Below, piece after piece: positions 1 to 10,610 of a stretch of 64,000 bases of DNA; within the stretch, counting starts at the first letter, position 1; each line of letters starts with the position of its first letter. The position numbers and the translations under genes are program-made. The DNA lies in NCBI GenBank assembly GCA_965237525.1, contig CBDEFO010000008.1:480001-544000 (forward strand), written 5' to 3'. The DNA is from Candidatus Latescibacterota bacterium (lineage in GTDB: Bacteria; Latescibacterota; CBDEFO01). Under the pieces are notes generated by a model. It saw only the letters and a list, made by a program, of their open reading frames with translations, searched no databases and was not told the DNA's origin.

Positions 1-624
1 GTGTCTCGGGTCTAGGATGAACTTTTCAAGAAGGAGTCTCTCGTCTCCGAAGGCCGAAAGCGACTCAGATTGAGCTTGCCTGACCGCACTTTTTAGTTCG
101 CTTTTGGTGCTTGCTATCCTCATACCCTTTCCACCTCCGCCTGCAGCAGCTTTAATAAGTATAGGAAACCCGATCTGGGCCGCGAGCTCAATGATGCTAT
201 CCACATCAGCTACTGCCTCCTGTGACCCTGAAATTACTGGAATCCCTGCGCTTTGCAGCAGCTTTTTGGCCCTTACTTTATCTCCCATAGCCTCAATGGC
301 TTCAGGTGAGGGGCCGATGAAACAGATGCTACTGTCGCTGCACGCCTCTGCAAAGAGAGGATTCTCCGCCAAAAAACCGTATCCGGGATGAATCGCCTCA
401 GCTTTTGTTCTCTGAGCCGCTTCTAGTATAGCTTCAATGTTGAGATAGCTATTTATAGACTCAGCGGGGCCTATACAGACGGCCTCGTCGGCCAAGAGCA
501 CGTGAAGAGCCTTTCTATCTGGCTCAGAAAACACAGCCACGGAGGCTATTCCCATCTCTCTGAGCGCTCTGATAACGCGAACGGCTATCTCACCTCTATT
601 TGCGATCAAAACCTTTTTAAACAT
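1..624 (-). CDS. accC: Biotin carboxylase (acetyl/propionyl-CoA carboxylase BC subunit), 5' part, runs off window start
   Basis: Manual translation from ATG at 624: MFKKVLIANRGEIAVRVIRA...AIHPGYGFLAEN...LIKAAAGGGGKGMR; absent from ORF track because it has no stop in the window. Confidence 0.93.
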   Translation of the reverse strand, partial: MFKKVLIANRGEIAVRVIRALREMGIASVAVFSEPDRKALHVLLADEAVCIGPAESINSYLNIEAILEAAQRTKAEAIHPGYGFLAENPLFAEACSDSSICFIGPSPEAIEAMGDKVRAKKLLQSAGIPVISGSQEAVADVDSIIELAAQIGFPILIKAAAGGGGKGMRIASTKSELKSAVRQAQSESLSAFGDERLLLEKFILDPRH

Positions 625-693
625 CAATTTATCCCTAACGTTAGAATATATGGAACGTTTGATATTTGTTGCTTAATAAGGAGTTTACAAAAA

Positions 694-1689
694 CTATAAG
701 CCCTGTACTTCTTGATATTCGGCCTCACAGGGATGTCCTGGGGCCACCCAGAGTTGCCTGCTTTGGGGCTTGCATATTAAAGACCATATTGTGCCCCACC
801 CGTGGCCCCTTTTGTCGGATGCATCTACCACATCGCCGTGAGTGCCGGAACATATATAACATGTATGATCTCTGAGAATTTCCTTGGCTGAGTGGACATC
901 TAGAGTGCCCCGTATTCTGCGCAGCATCTGATCTACTCTGCCATAGCGGAGCCTCGACCTATGCCCTCCCTTGTTGTCTTCTCCTGTTCTGTGATTGGTT
1001 GCTATTATGTAACCATTCGTCGGTTCTCTGACATTTACACAGCCTGGGATAGCCTCCACAACCGCAGCGTCACCGTTGCTATCAGCAAGAAGATAACTCA
1101 TTGTCCTCAGATGAGGTACTGCTTGCATAAAGTCTATAGCATCTCTGACGTTTCCGAGGGTATCCATTATAATTTCCACCACGATGTTCCACTGGAGTCC
1201 AAGCTCTTGGGGCTCTCTTGATGGAAGAGACGCCATCGTAAGACAGAGTCCTTTTTCATTTAGAACGTCAGGACTGCCCGCCCAATGATGTGTGTAAGAT
1301 AGAGTCCGATTAGCCCCATCAGGTCTTATGTACCTCAGCTCACACCATTTGAGATCGGAGTATATCCAATCGTAGTTCCTGCCGACAATCAGGGTTTTGT
1401 CCGCTGTGATCGGTGGGAGAGCGGCGAAGCTTGTGCATCCTCTTAGTATCCCCTCCTTGCGGGCGAAGAAATAGGCAGTAAAGGCTTCGCTTTGGAAGCT
1501 TCCAGCTTCCAAGATGCCCTCAAACTCATCTATAATGGGGGGATATATCGCTTGAACTATCCTTCTGCACTCGTTTGCAAAGTTTACGTCTTCAGGCGAA
1601 GGTATAGGTATAGGCAGCGTAGCGAGGTCTTTGGCCCTTTGCAGACCTATATCGTAGTAACTTCCTTCGAATATCTTCTGTCTTAACAT
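694..1689 (-). CDS. C45-family autoproteolytic Ntn-hydrolase (acyl-CoA:6-APA acyltransferase-like peptidase)
   Basis: GCTSF cleavage/nucleophile motif followed by GRNYDW, LNEKGL, ATNH. Confidence 0.85.
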   Translation of the reverse strand: MLRQKIFEGSYYDIGLQRAKDLATLPIPIPSPEDVNFANECRRIVQAIYPPIIDEFEGILEAGSFQSEAFTAYFFARKEGILRGCTSFAALPPITADKTLIVGRNYDWIYSDLKWCELRYIRPDGANRTLSYTHHWAGSPDVLNEKGLCLTMASLPSREPQELGLQWNIVVEIIMDTLGNVRDAIDFMQAVPHLRTMSYLLADSNGDAAVVEAIPGCVNVREPTNGYIIATNHRTGEDNKGGHRSRLRYGRVDQMLRRIRGTLDVHSAKEILRDHTCYICSGTHGDVVDASDKRGHGWGTIWSLICKPQSRQLWVAPGHPCEAEYQEVQGL

Positions 1690-1897
1690 CTCAGAATTGA
1701 CAGGTTTGGAGACAGCCTCGGTTAGTAGGTCAAATAGATTAGCGTAATTATAATATATGGATGATTGTATCCAAGGGCAAGTCCTTTCACATATGTAATC
1801 TATTCCTTACATAGCAATTATTGTTGACTTCAGATTGAAAAGAGCTTATCTTACATTTTGGATAAGACGCTCACGTACTATCCAAAAGGAGATGCTT

Positions 1898-2269
1898 ATG
1901 GCTGATGTGAAACCTATTCTGCAAGATGGGCTATTTCACGCCAGACTGGACGAACTGAAGAACAAAAACGGTGATCCTCCCTGGGCAGATCAATTAGTCA
2001 AAACAGATCAGCTTCAGGGCTGGGGCATCTGTTAGCTTCCATGGCAGATCAACGATAGGCATTACCATATCTACGACGAATGGTGGGCCATGCTGCAGGG
2101 TGAAATAGACTGGGAGATCGAAGGCCATTCTCAGCCGATCCACGCGCTCTCTAGAGATTTCATCTTGGTGCCGAAGAATCATTTCTATGAGATTCATCCC
2201 AAGGGGGCCGGTCCATCCATACGCCTTGCTATCAGCGTCCCTGGAGAGGTTCACCGGTACCAACGGTGA
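1898..2269 (+). pseudogene. Cupin-domain protein with one in-frame TAG (2033-2035)
   Basis: AAGGAG RBS then ATG 1898; after TAG the same frame continues 77 codons with HYH..DEWW..LQGEIDW and DFILVPKN..H cupin motifs to TGA 2267-2269. Confidence 0.72.
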
Positions 2270-2279
2270 TTAGGTATAA

Positions 2280-3855
<1,576 letters not shown>

Positions 3856-4165
3856 CACGGATCAAATTTCGTAGGAGATCTGAAGAACCACACGTTGAGA
3901 CTATTCATGACACAGTATCAGAAGACAAGACAGACAAAACCTTTGAAAAGATAAGAGACTTTATGAGATTATTATTGGGTTCCCTTTACTACCTTTTAAA
4001 GGAGCTTTTCGATAGATAGCGTCGTGCCTGAACTCTCCTGCTGGGATAATCGGGGGAATCCGGAAAAGATTAAAGTTTTGGCAGATGCAACTAAACGAGA
4101 GTTTAGGCTTCTTATTTGCATAGCCTGCAAGCTGCCAAGTTTGAGTTACGGTGTCAGGAGTGGTA

Positions 4166-5434
4166 ATGACTTCGATCGAAGATCCCCGCAGCTTGGCGAT
4201 AATCGGAGCTGGTCCGATCGGTCTGGAAGCCGGGATCTATGCTCTCAATTTAGGGTACGATGTGAAGGTCTTTGAAAGGGGCTGTGTCGGAGAAAATATC
4301 TTGTGCTGGGGACATGTTAAGATGTTCTCTCCGTGGAGATTCAACTATTCGCGGTTGGGGGCAATGCTGCTTGCCCAGGATGGAGAGAATTTCTGTCCCG
4401 CAGTAGATGAATGTCCCACAGGTAGAGAATATGTCGAAGCATATCTTATTCCTCTCAGCCGACTCTCCATCCTGAGGGGGAGGATATTCCGGGGGACGAA
4501 AATAGTCGCAATAAGCCGGCAGAACCTTCTAAAACATGATCTCATCGGCGATGAGAAAAGAGGTGAAAAAAGATTTCGCATCCTAACACAAGGAAGAGAT
4601 GGTCAGGAGAGGGTATTCTATTCTGATTTCCTGATTGATGCATCGGGCGTCTATGGAAATCATAACTATGTGGGCGACGGGGGGATTCCGGCTCTCGGTG
4701 AAAGAGCCAACGTCTCAAGCATCTCGTATCTGTTAGATGGTGTCCTGGGGAAAGATCGAAATAAATACGCAGGGAAACGGACACTCCTCATGGGAAGTGG
4801 CTATTCGGCAGCGACGAGTGCATGTGATCTAGATAAGTTGGCATCCGAAGTTGAAGGCACATCCGTCCTTTGGATAACGATCGGAAAAGGAGATAAGAAG
4901 ATCCCTTATAAATCTATCCCTGGAGATGAGTTAATCGAAAGGGATGATCTGATTAAAAGAGCCAACGCCATTGCCGAAGGAGCATCCCCTCATATTCAGC
5001 ATCTGCGAGGCATAGTCGTGGAAGAGATTCACAGATGCTCAGAGAATGAGAGCGTAAAGGTGACGCTGAGGAAGGAGGATGAGACCTTCCAAGAAGAGTT
5101 CGATCGCGTCTTGGCCAACGTGGGCTATAGCCCTGATAACAATATATACAGCGAACTGCAAGTCCACGAGTGCTGGGCTACTAAGGGACCTATCAAACTG
5201 GCCGCAGAACTTTTGGGTATAGAGTCAGAAGACTGCCTGGAGCAAGCAAGCCACGGCGTGGAATCCCTGATCAATCCTGAGCCGGGCTTCTTCATATTGG
5301 GCAGCAAAAGTTACGGACTTAACTCCACATTTCTGATCAAGGTTGGACTCTTGCAGATAAAAGACGTCTTTTCATATTTGCAGAACGATTCAAAGTTGGA
5401 CCTCTACGCGGATTCAGCGTTACACATGGATTAA
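4166..5434 (+). CDS. FAD/NAD(P)-dependent oxidoreductase (ArsO-like flavoprotein monooxygenase family)
   Basis: GAGPIG FAD motif, WGHVKMFSPW, IDASG, GSGYSA NAD(P) motif, LGSKSYG..STFL; AGGAG RBS before ATG 4166. Confidence 0.82.
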   Translation: MTSIEDPRSLAIIGAGPIGLEAGIYALNLGYDVKVFERGCVGENILCWGHVKMFSPWRFNYSRLGAMLLAQDGENFCPAVDECPTGREYVEAYLIPLSRLSILRGRIFRGTKIVAISRQNLLKHDLIGDEKRGEKRFRILTQGRDGQERVFYSDFLIDASGVYGNHNYVGDGGIPALGERANVSSISYLLDGVLGKDRNKYAGKRTLLMGSGYSAATSACDLDKLASEVEGTSVLWITIGKGDKKIPYKSIPGDELIERDDLIKRANAIAEGASPHIQHLRGIVVEEIHRCSENESVKVTLRKEDETFQEEFDRVLANVGYSPDNNIYSELQVHECWATKGPIKLAAELLGIESEDCLEQASHGVESLINPEPGFFILGSKSYGLNSTFLIKVGLLQIKDVFSYLQNDSKLDLYADSALHMD

Positions 5435-5440
5435 GGTATT

Positions 5441-6154
5441 ATGTCCGGACCGAAGATCACGGTTATAATTCCGGTTTTAAACGAACAGGTGTCAGTATCG
5501 GAGTGTCTGAGGCAGTTTGAGAGGTTAGACCGGGGTGGAAGCTGCGCTAGCTATTGTGAGATAATCGTGGTAGATGGTGGCAGTTCGGATAGAACTTGGG
5601 ATATAGCATCTGAATTCTCTCAAGCTAAGGTGCTGTTAAGCAAGATCCCGGGAAGAGCTGCGCAGATGAACGCAGGGGCTGAGAGAGCTAGTGGAGACAT
5701 TCTGCTTTTCCTCCACACCGACACCTATCTCCCACAGAACGCCTTCGATGAGATCATAGACTCTATAAACGGCGACGGAACGGTGGGAGGTAGATTTAGA
5801 CTTAGGCTCTCAGAGAGTGGGATATCTTATCGCCTAATAGGGGTGATGAGCACGCTGAGGTCAAAATATTTGGGTATCACTTACGGGGATCAGGCAATAT
5901 ACGTTCGCAAAGATGTCTTTCAGAGAGTCGGTGGCTTTCCGGAGATACCGATATTTGAGGACTCTGAGTTCTGCAAAAAGCTCTCCAGAACGGGTAATTT
6001 CCAGATGCTGGACGAACAGGTAACGGCATCTGCCCGCAGATGGAAAAAGAACGGAGTCTGGAAGACTGTCCTTAAGATGTGGTTGCTCAAGTTCCTGTAT
6101 TCTCTAGAAGTTCCGCCTGAGAAATTGGTGAAGCATTACGAATGTGTCAGGTGA
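5441..6154 (+). CDS. GT2 glycosyltransferase, TIGR04283 (radical SAM/arsenosugar-associated) type
   Basis: IIPVLNE, VDGGSSD, GRAAQMNAGA, FLHTD, YGDQAI, GGFPEIPIFED, SARRW signature. Confidence 0.88.
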   Translation: MSGPKITVIIPVLNEQVSVSECLRQFERLDRGGSCASYCEIIVVDGGSSDRTWDIASEFSQAKVLLSKIPGRAAQMNAGAERASGDILLFLHTDTYLPQNAFDEIIDSINGDGTVGGRFRLRLSESGISYRLIGVMSTLRSKYLGITYGDQAIYVRKDVFQRVGGFPEIPIFEDSEFCKKLSRTGNFQMLDEQVTASARRWKKNGVWKTVLKMWLLKFLYSLEVPPEKLVKHYECVR

Positions 6155-6202
6155 ACAACGCTGCCCTAAGGGAAAGATCTTCTTAATGAGGAGTTATTAA
6201 CA

Positions 6203-7096
6203 TTGGGAAAGATGAACTATCCCTACATATCCCTTGAAACCCTTGACAATCTGTGGTTTCAGATTGGTGGGACGATCTGCAATTTGGAGTGCGTCCACTG
6301 CTTTATAAGCTGTGGCCCGAAGAACCATTCGTTTGGCTTTATGCCCGTTGGGGAGGTAAAGAAGTACCTCCTGGAGTCCGAGAAATTGGGCGTCAAGGAG
6401 TACTATTTCACAGGCGGCGAGCCATTTATGAATAGAGACATTGTGGAGATATTAGAGGAGACATTAAAAATTGGCCCTGCCACTGTCCTTACGAACGCGA
6501 CAATTCTTAAAGATAAGGTTATAAAGGCATTATCTCAGATCGAGGCAAATTCCATCTATTCTTTGGAGTTCAGAGTCAGCTTAGACGGCTTCAGGCCGGA
6601 GGAGAACGATCCTATAAGAGGAGAAGGGACGTTCAACAGGGCTATGGAAGGCGTCAAGTTACTGGTCGATTACGGTTTTTTGCCCATAATAACCGCCACA
6701 AGGGTCTGGGCTCAAGCCGAAGATGAGAGGGTGCAAGAGGGCTTTATCAAAGCCTTAAAGGCAATAGGCTACCAAAGGCCCAGACTCAAGATCCTTCCCT
6801 CGTTGAAGATAGGTAGAGAACTTTTGAGGATCGGCGACTACGAAGACTGGGAGGTGGTCACAGAGGACATGATGGATAGATATGACGCCGGGCAGCTTAT
6901 ATGTTCAAAGAGCCGTATGGTCACGGATAAAGGTGTCTATGTATGCCCCATTCTCATAGATTTCCCCGACGCCAAGTTAGGAGATAATCTGAAAGAATCC
7001 TTCCAGAGCTTTGGGCTGCGGCACAAAGCCTGCTACACCTGTTATACGCACGGAGCTATATGCTCCAACCTTCCATGGGGCATCGAAAATGTTTAG
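6203..7096 (+). CDS. Radical SAM protein with C-terminal Cys cluster (ArsS-like architecture)
   Basis: CNLECVHC, TGGEPF, SLDG; C-terminal LICS..VCPIL..CYTC..GAICS. Confidence 0.88.
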   Translation: MGKMNYPYISLETLDNLWFQIGGTICNLECVHCFISCGPKNHSFGFMPVGEVKKYLLESEKLGVKEYYFTGGEPFMNRDIVEILEETLKIGPATVLTNATILKDKVIKALSQIEANSIYSLEFRVSLDGFRPEENDPIRGEGTFNRAMEGVKLLVDYGFLPIITATRVWAQAEDERVQEGFIKALKAIGYQRPRLKILPSLKIGRELLRIGDYEDWEVVTEDMMDRYDAGQLICSKSRMVTDKGVYVCPILIDFPDAKLGDNLKESFQSFGLRHKACYTCYTHGAICSNLPWGIENV

Positions 7097-7886
7097 TTCT
7101 GGCTACAATAAAATAGCTGTCTTCGGTGGAGTCTATAACAACCATATTGCCCTTGAATCGGCTATTGTGGACGCTAAGAACAGATGCGTGGATGAAGTCT
7201 TCTGCCTGGGAGACCTGGGCGCTTTCGGTCCGAATCCCGATAAGGTCTTTCCTATCCTCAAGGATAACAACGTCAAAGTCCTGAGGGGCAACTATGACGA
7301 CTCCATAGCCAATGAACTAAAGGATTGCCAGTGCGGCTACACCGATCCCAGAGATAACTATTTTGCCAAGATCAGCTACAACTATACGTTTGCTAAAACC
7401 TCTCTAGAGAACAGGAGATGGATGAAAGAACTCCCCTGGGAGTTTAAAATTAAGATAGGAGGCTTCAGAGTCCTGATGTGTCACGGTTCGCCCCGGAAGA
7501 TTAACGAATTCCTCTGGGAATCCACAACTCCGACTCACTTCATAGAAAAGCTTCTCGACGACTACGATGCAGAGGTCATACTGGCCACACATACGGGAAT
7601 GCATTGGAAAAGAGAGATCACAAACGACAGGTGCTTTCTGAACGTCGGGGTTTTAGGTCGCCCGGAGAACGATGGGAGCACCAACGCTTGGTACACTGTT
7701 CTGACAGCATGTAATGGCTCGCTTGATGTGCAATTTGTCCCCTTGGATTACGACTACGAAAGTTTGGCTTTGGAGATGAAGCAGGAGAAGATTCCAGAGG
7801 AGTTCATAGATACGATTCGCTCCGGCTGGTGGACTACGTGTCTTGAGATCTTACCCTCCAAGGAGAGAAGAAGAGGAAAACTTTGA
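7089..7886 (+). CDS. Calcineurin-like metallophosphoesterase with CxC motif
   Basis: CLGDLG, RGNYD, DCQCGY, HGSP, THTG, NVG; ATG 7089 overlaps the radical SAM stop. Confidence 0.85.
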   Translation: MFSSGYNKIAVFGGVYNNHIALESAIVDAKNRCVDEVFCLGDLGAFGPNPDKVFPILKDNNVKVLRGNYDDSIANELKDCQCGYTDPRDNYFAKISYNYTFAKTSLENRRWMKELPWEFKIKIGGFRVLMCHGSPRKINEFLWESTTPTHFIEKLLDDYDAEVILATHTGMHWKREITNDRCFLNVGVLGRPENDGSTNAWYTVLTACNGSLDVQFVPLDYDYESLALEMKQEKIPEEFIDTIRSGWWTTCLEILPSKERRRGKL

Positions 7887-8000
7887 CGTGGCTCCTACTA
7901 AGAGGTGGTGCAGGCGATCCGTCTTGACGAAAGAGCTATCCCGCATTCTATTTTGGGTGCGGGATTTTGTGTGTCCATATGTTGGCTGAACGGAAGTTAA

Positions 8001-8257
8001 ATGCAAAGTTCGGAAAAGAGAGTCATATTAATTACGGGTATTGCGCATGCTATGACCCATGGGTACATGTTGATCTTCCCTGCTGTGTTGAGCGCCATCA
8101 AAGCCGATATGGACGTGGGATATTTTTCCATAGGTATATTGGGAATAGTTCATACCTTCTTATCGGCCTGGGAGCGCTCCCTGCACGGATGATAGCAGAT
8201 AGGTTTGGATTAAGGAGAGTTCTTATCGTCTTTGACTTTATGGAAGAGATGCAATGA
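8001..8257 (+). pseudogene. MFS transporter N-terminal remnant (frameshifted, truncated)
   Basis: One frame gives AHAMTHGYMLIFPAVL..; a shift near 8140 continues GLGALPARMIADRFGLRRVL (MFS motif A-like), then stops. Confidence 0.7.
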
Positions 8258-8454
8258 GTGAAGAGGCTCTTGGCAGATGGATAGCAGAACAGCTGATAAC
8301 GTAATGTTATCAATTTCTGATGTAGGGTGACAATCTAAAAGCGGCTGAAGATATGTCGAAGAAGGTAGTCTATTCTTTCCCTGCCTGCTGTCTGCCAGAT
8401 CGCTTTGGCCTTGACAGTATAAAGGATCGCTCGCTCCGCAGCGATCGCACCTGG

Positions 8455-9114
8455 TTAGAAGCTCCGCAGTTGACCTATCTTGTTAGTTACGTATATTATA
8501 GCGACGGACAGAGAGGTCAAAATCAGCACTAATATCTGAGCCAGCGTGTCCTGCCCCGTGGTAAATGCCTCATATATCGCTAAAGGTATCGTCTGAGTCT
8601 TTCCCCTTATATTCCCCGCAAGCATCAGTGTAGCTCCGAATTCTCCTATTGCCCTTGCAAAGCTGAGCACCAATCCGCTTATAAGGCCGTTCTTTGCAAG
8701 GGCAAGCGTCACCTTCAAGAACGTCTCTAATTTCGTCTTCCCCAGCGTATAAGATACAAGTTCCAGGTCTCTATCTACACCTTCAAACGCCGCCTTTGCC
8801 GATTTGACCATAATAGGGAGAGCTATTACTGTTGATGCAAGCACAGCCGCCTGCCACGTAAATGTCAGGCTCAATCCTGTCAACTCATAGAGGTATTTTC
8901 CTATGATCCCTCTCCTTCCAACCAGAATTATCAGATAGTATCCTGCTACTACAGGAGGGAGCACCATCGGGAGCGTGACCAGAGAATCTAGGAACTCCCT
9001 TCCGAAGAAATTTCTCTTAGCCAGTACCAATCCCAGCCCTCCGCCCAGAATACCTATTATAACTATCGCCGCGCTGGACACGGAAATCGAGAGACTCAGA
9101 GCGTCCCAGATCAT
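8455..9114 (-). CDS. modB: Molybdate ABC transporter permease
   Basis: LPMVLPPVVAG, FARAIGEFGATLMLAGNI.GKTQTIPLAIY. Confidence 0.95.
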   Translation of the reverse strand: MIWDALSLSISVSSAAIVIIGILGGGLGLVLAKRNFFGREFLDSLVTLPMVLPPVVAGYYLIILVGRRGIIGKYLYELTGLSLTFTWQAAVLASTVIALPIMVKSAKAAFEGVDRDLELVSYTLGKTKLETFLKVTLALAKNGLISGLVLSFARAIGEFGATLMLAGNIRGKTQTIPLAIYEAFTTGQDTLAQILVLILTSLSVAIIYVTNKIGQLRSF

Positions 9115-9178
9115 TCCCTATCCTCCACTTTCTCCCCCAAAAATTCTTTTTATTGTCAGAACAGGAATTTCTGACCTC

Positions 9179-9952
9179 CTAACTTCCAGGGGTAAAGCCG
9201 TATTTCATCAGCACTTTTCTGCTTTCAGATCCTGTTACGAACTCCACAAATCTCTTTGCGAGAGTGATATTCTGGGACCTCTTCAGGACAGCTATCGGAT
9301 ATGCGATCTTTGTATGCCATTCTCTTTGTCCCCTTGCAACGACCCTCACATTTCTTGATATACGCGCATCCGTCGAATAGACCAGGCCCGCACCTGTTTC
9401 GCCCCTCGATACATAATGGAGCACCTGACGCGCGTTCTCTGCGAAGATTAGCTTGGGCTGTAAACTGTCCCACAATCCCAGAGCCTGAAGGACTTCGCGG
9501 CCGTACATTCCCGCTGGGACTCCCTCGTTGCCTAAAGCTATCCTCTCAATCTTTTGGTCCTTCAAAGCCTCAAACGAAAGTGAGTCCGCATCTGCGTCTG
9601 GTGGAACTATCAATACTATGCTGTTACCTGCAAAATCTCTCCTGGTCTCCTCCAAGATCGCCCCCTTCCCTTGAAGCCTGTCCATTTGAATTTGTGCCGC
9701 GCTTGCAAAGATGTCCACAGGCGCCCCGCGTTCGATCTGTTTTTCCAACAGGTTCGATCCGCCGAAGTTGAACCTTACCGAGAGCCCTGGATTGTTCGCC
9801 TCGAACATGTCTCCTATCTGTGCGAAAGAGTCCGTTAAACTTGCAGCCGCCGATACCAAAAGCTCGTTCTTTTTACCTTTATCCTGAGAACATCCGGAGA
9901 GTGAAAGGCAAACTGCAAGTGCCGCCGCTAATTTTAATAGAGCTGTTGCCAT
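9179..9952 (-). CDS. modA: Molybdate ABC transporter substrate-binding lipoprotein
   Basis: Lipobox LSGC; SAAASL, FGGS, GAPVDIFASA, VPAG.YG, GLVYSTDA. Confidence 0.95.
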   Translation of the reverse strand: MATALLKLAAALAVCLSLSGCSQDKGKKNELLVSAAASLTDSFAQIGDMFEANNPGLSVRFNFGGSNLLEKQIERGAPVDIFASAAQIQMDRLQGKGAILEETRRDFAGNSIVLIVPPDADADSLSFEALKDQKIERIALGNEGVPAGMYGREVLQALGLWDSLQPKLIFAENARQVLHYVSRGETGAGLVYSTDARISRNVRVVARGQREWHTKIAYPIAVLKRSQNITLAKRFVEFVTGSESRKVLMKYGFTPGS

Positions 9953-9961
9953 CTCATCAGC

Positions 9962-9990
9962 AAAACAAAAAAAGCGGACTTAAGATCCGC
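9962..9990 (-). terminator. Candidate intrinsic terminator immediately upstream of modA
   Basis: Minus strand GCGGA-TCTTAAG-TCCGC followed by TTTTTTTGTTTT. Confidence 0.55.
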
Positions 9991-10022
9991 CCGGTGGAAG
10001 ATGCGCCATCCTGCTTGACAGT

Positions 10023-10610
10023 TCAGATTCGACTCTTCATCAAAGTCAAGGCTCTAAGACCGTAACTTGCCAAAGACATTGTCACAAAGATCATCGCCAA
10101 AAGAAGGAGAGGCAACTTCATAAAATCAATTTCCAGAACGTAGCACAACAGCAGAATCCACAGTATATTGACTGTTGCTCTGCCCCACTTGTTCGCTGTC
10201 ATAATTATCTTCCTTTTGCCTATTACGGACAGTCCCGCGATCGCTATAAGAATATCCTTCCCCACGATAACAAACGCCATCCACATCGGAAAGCTTCTAT
10301 AATAGACTAACATGAATGCTAAGAAGCCCAGTGTTATCTTATCTACCAGGGGATCTAGAATCTTTCCCAAATTTGTGGTTTCACCTCGCCTCCTTGCCAA
10401 GTAACCATCCAGACAGTCGCTGAGCATCGCAAGAGCAATAAGGAGCAAGGTTATATATCGGTACCACGGCTGCTCCTCTTGAACACAGAGCAATATAAAG
10501 GGTAGCAATGCGAGCCGCGAAACGCTCAAAATGTTCGACAGAGTAAAGACATCATGTCTGTTCTCTGTTACCTGGGGTCCATCTTCCACTTTAAGCTGTG
10601 GCGCGGGCAT
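10023..10610 (-). CDS. CDP-alcohol phosphatidyltransferase (PgsA-like)
   Basis: SDCLDGYLARR..TNLGKILDPLVDK motif. Confidence 0.92.
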   Translation of the reverse strand: MPAPQLKVEDGPQVTENRHDVFTLSNILSVSRLALLPFILLCVQEEQPWYRYITLLLIALAMLSDCLDGYLARRRGETTNLGKILDPLVDKITLGFLAFMLVYYRSFPMWMAFVIVGKDILIAIAGLSVIGKRKIIMTANKWGRATVNILWILLLCYVLEIDFMKLPLLLLAMIFVTMSLASYGLRALTLMKSRI

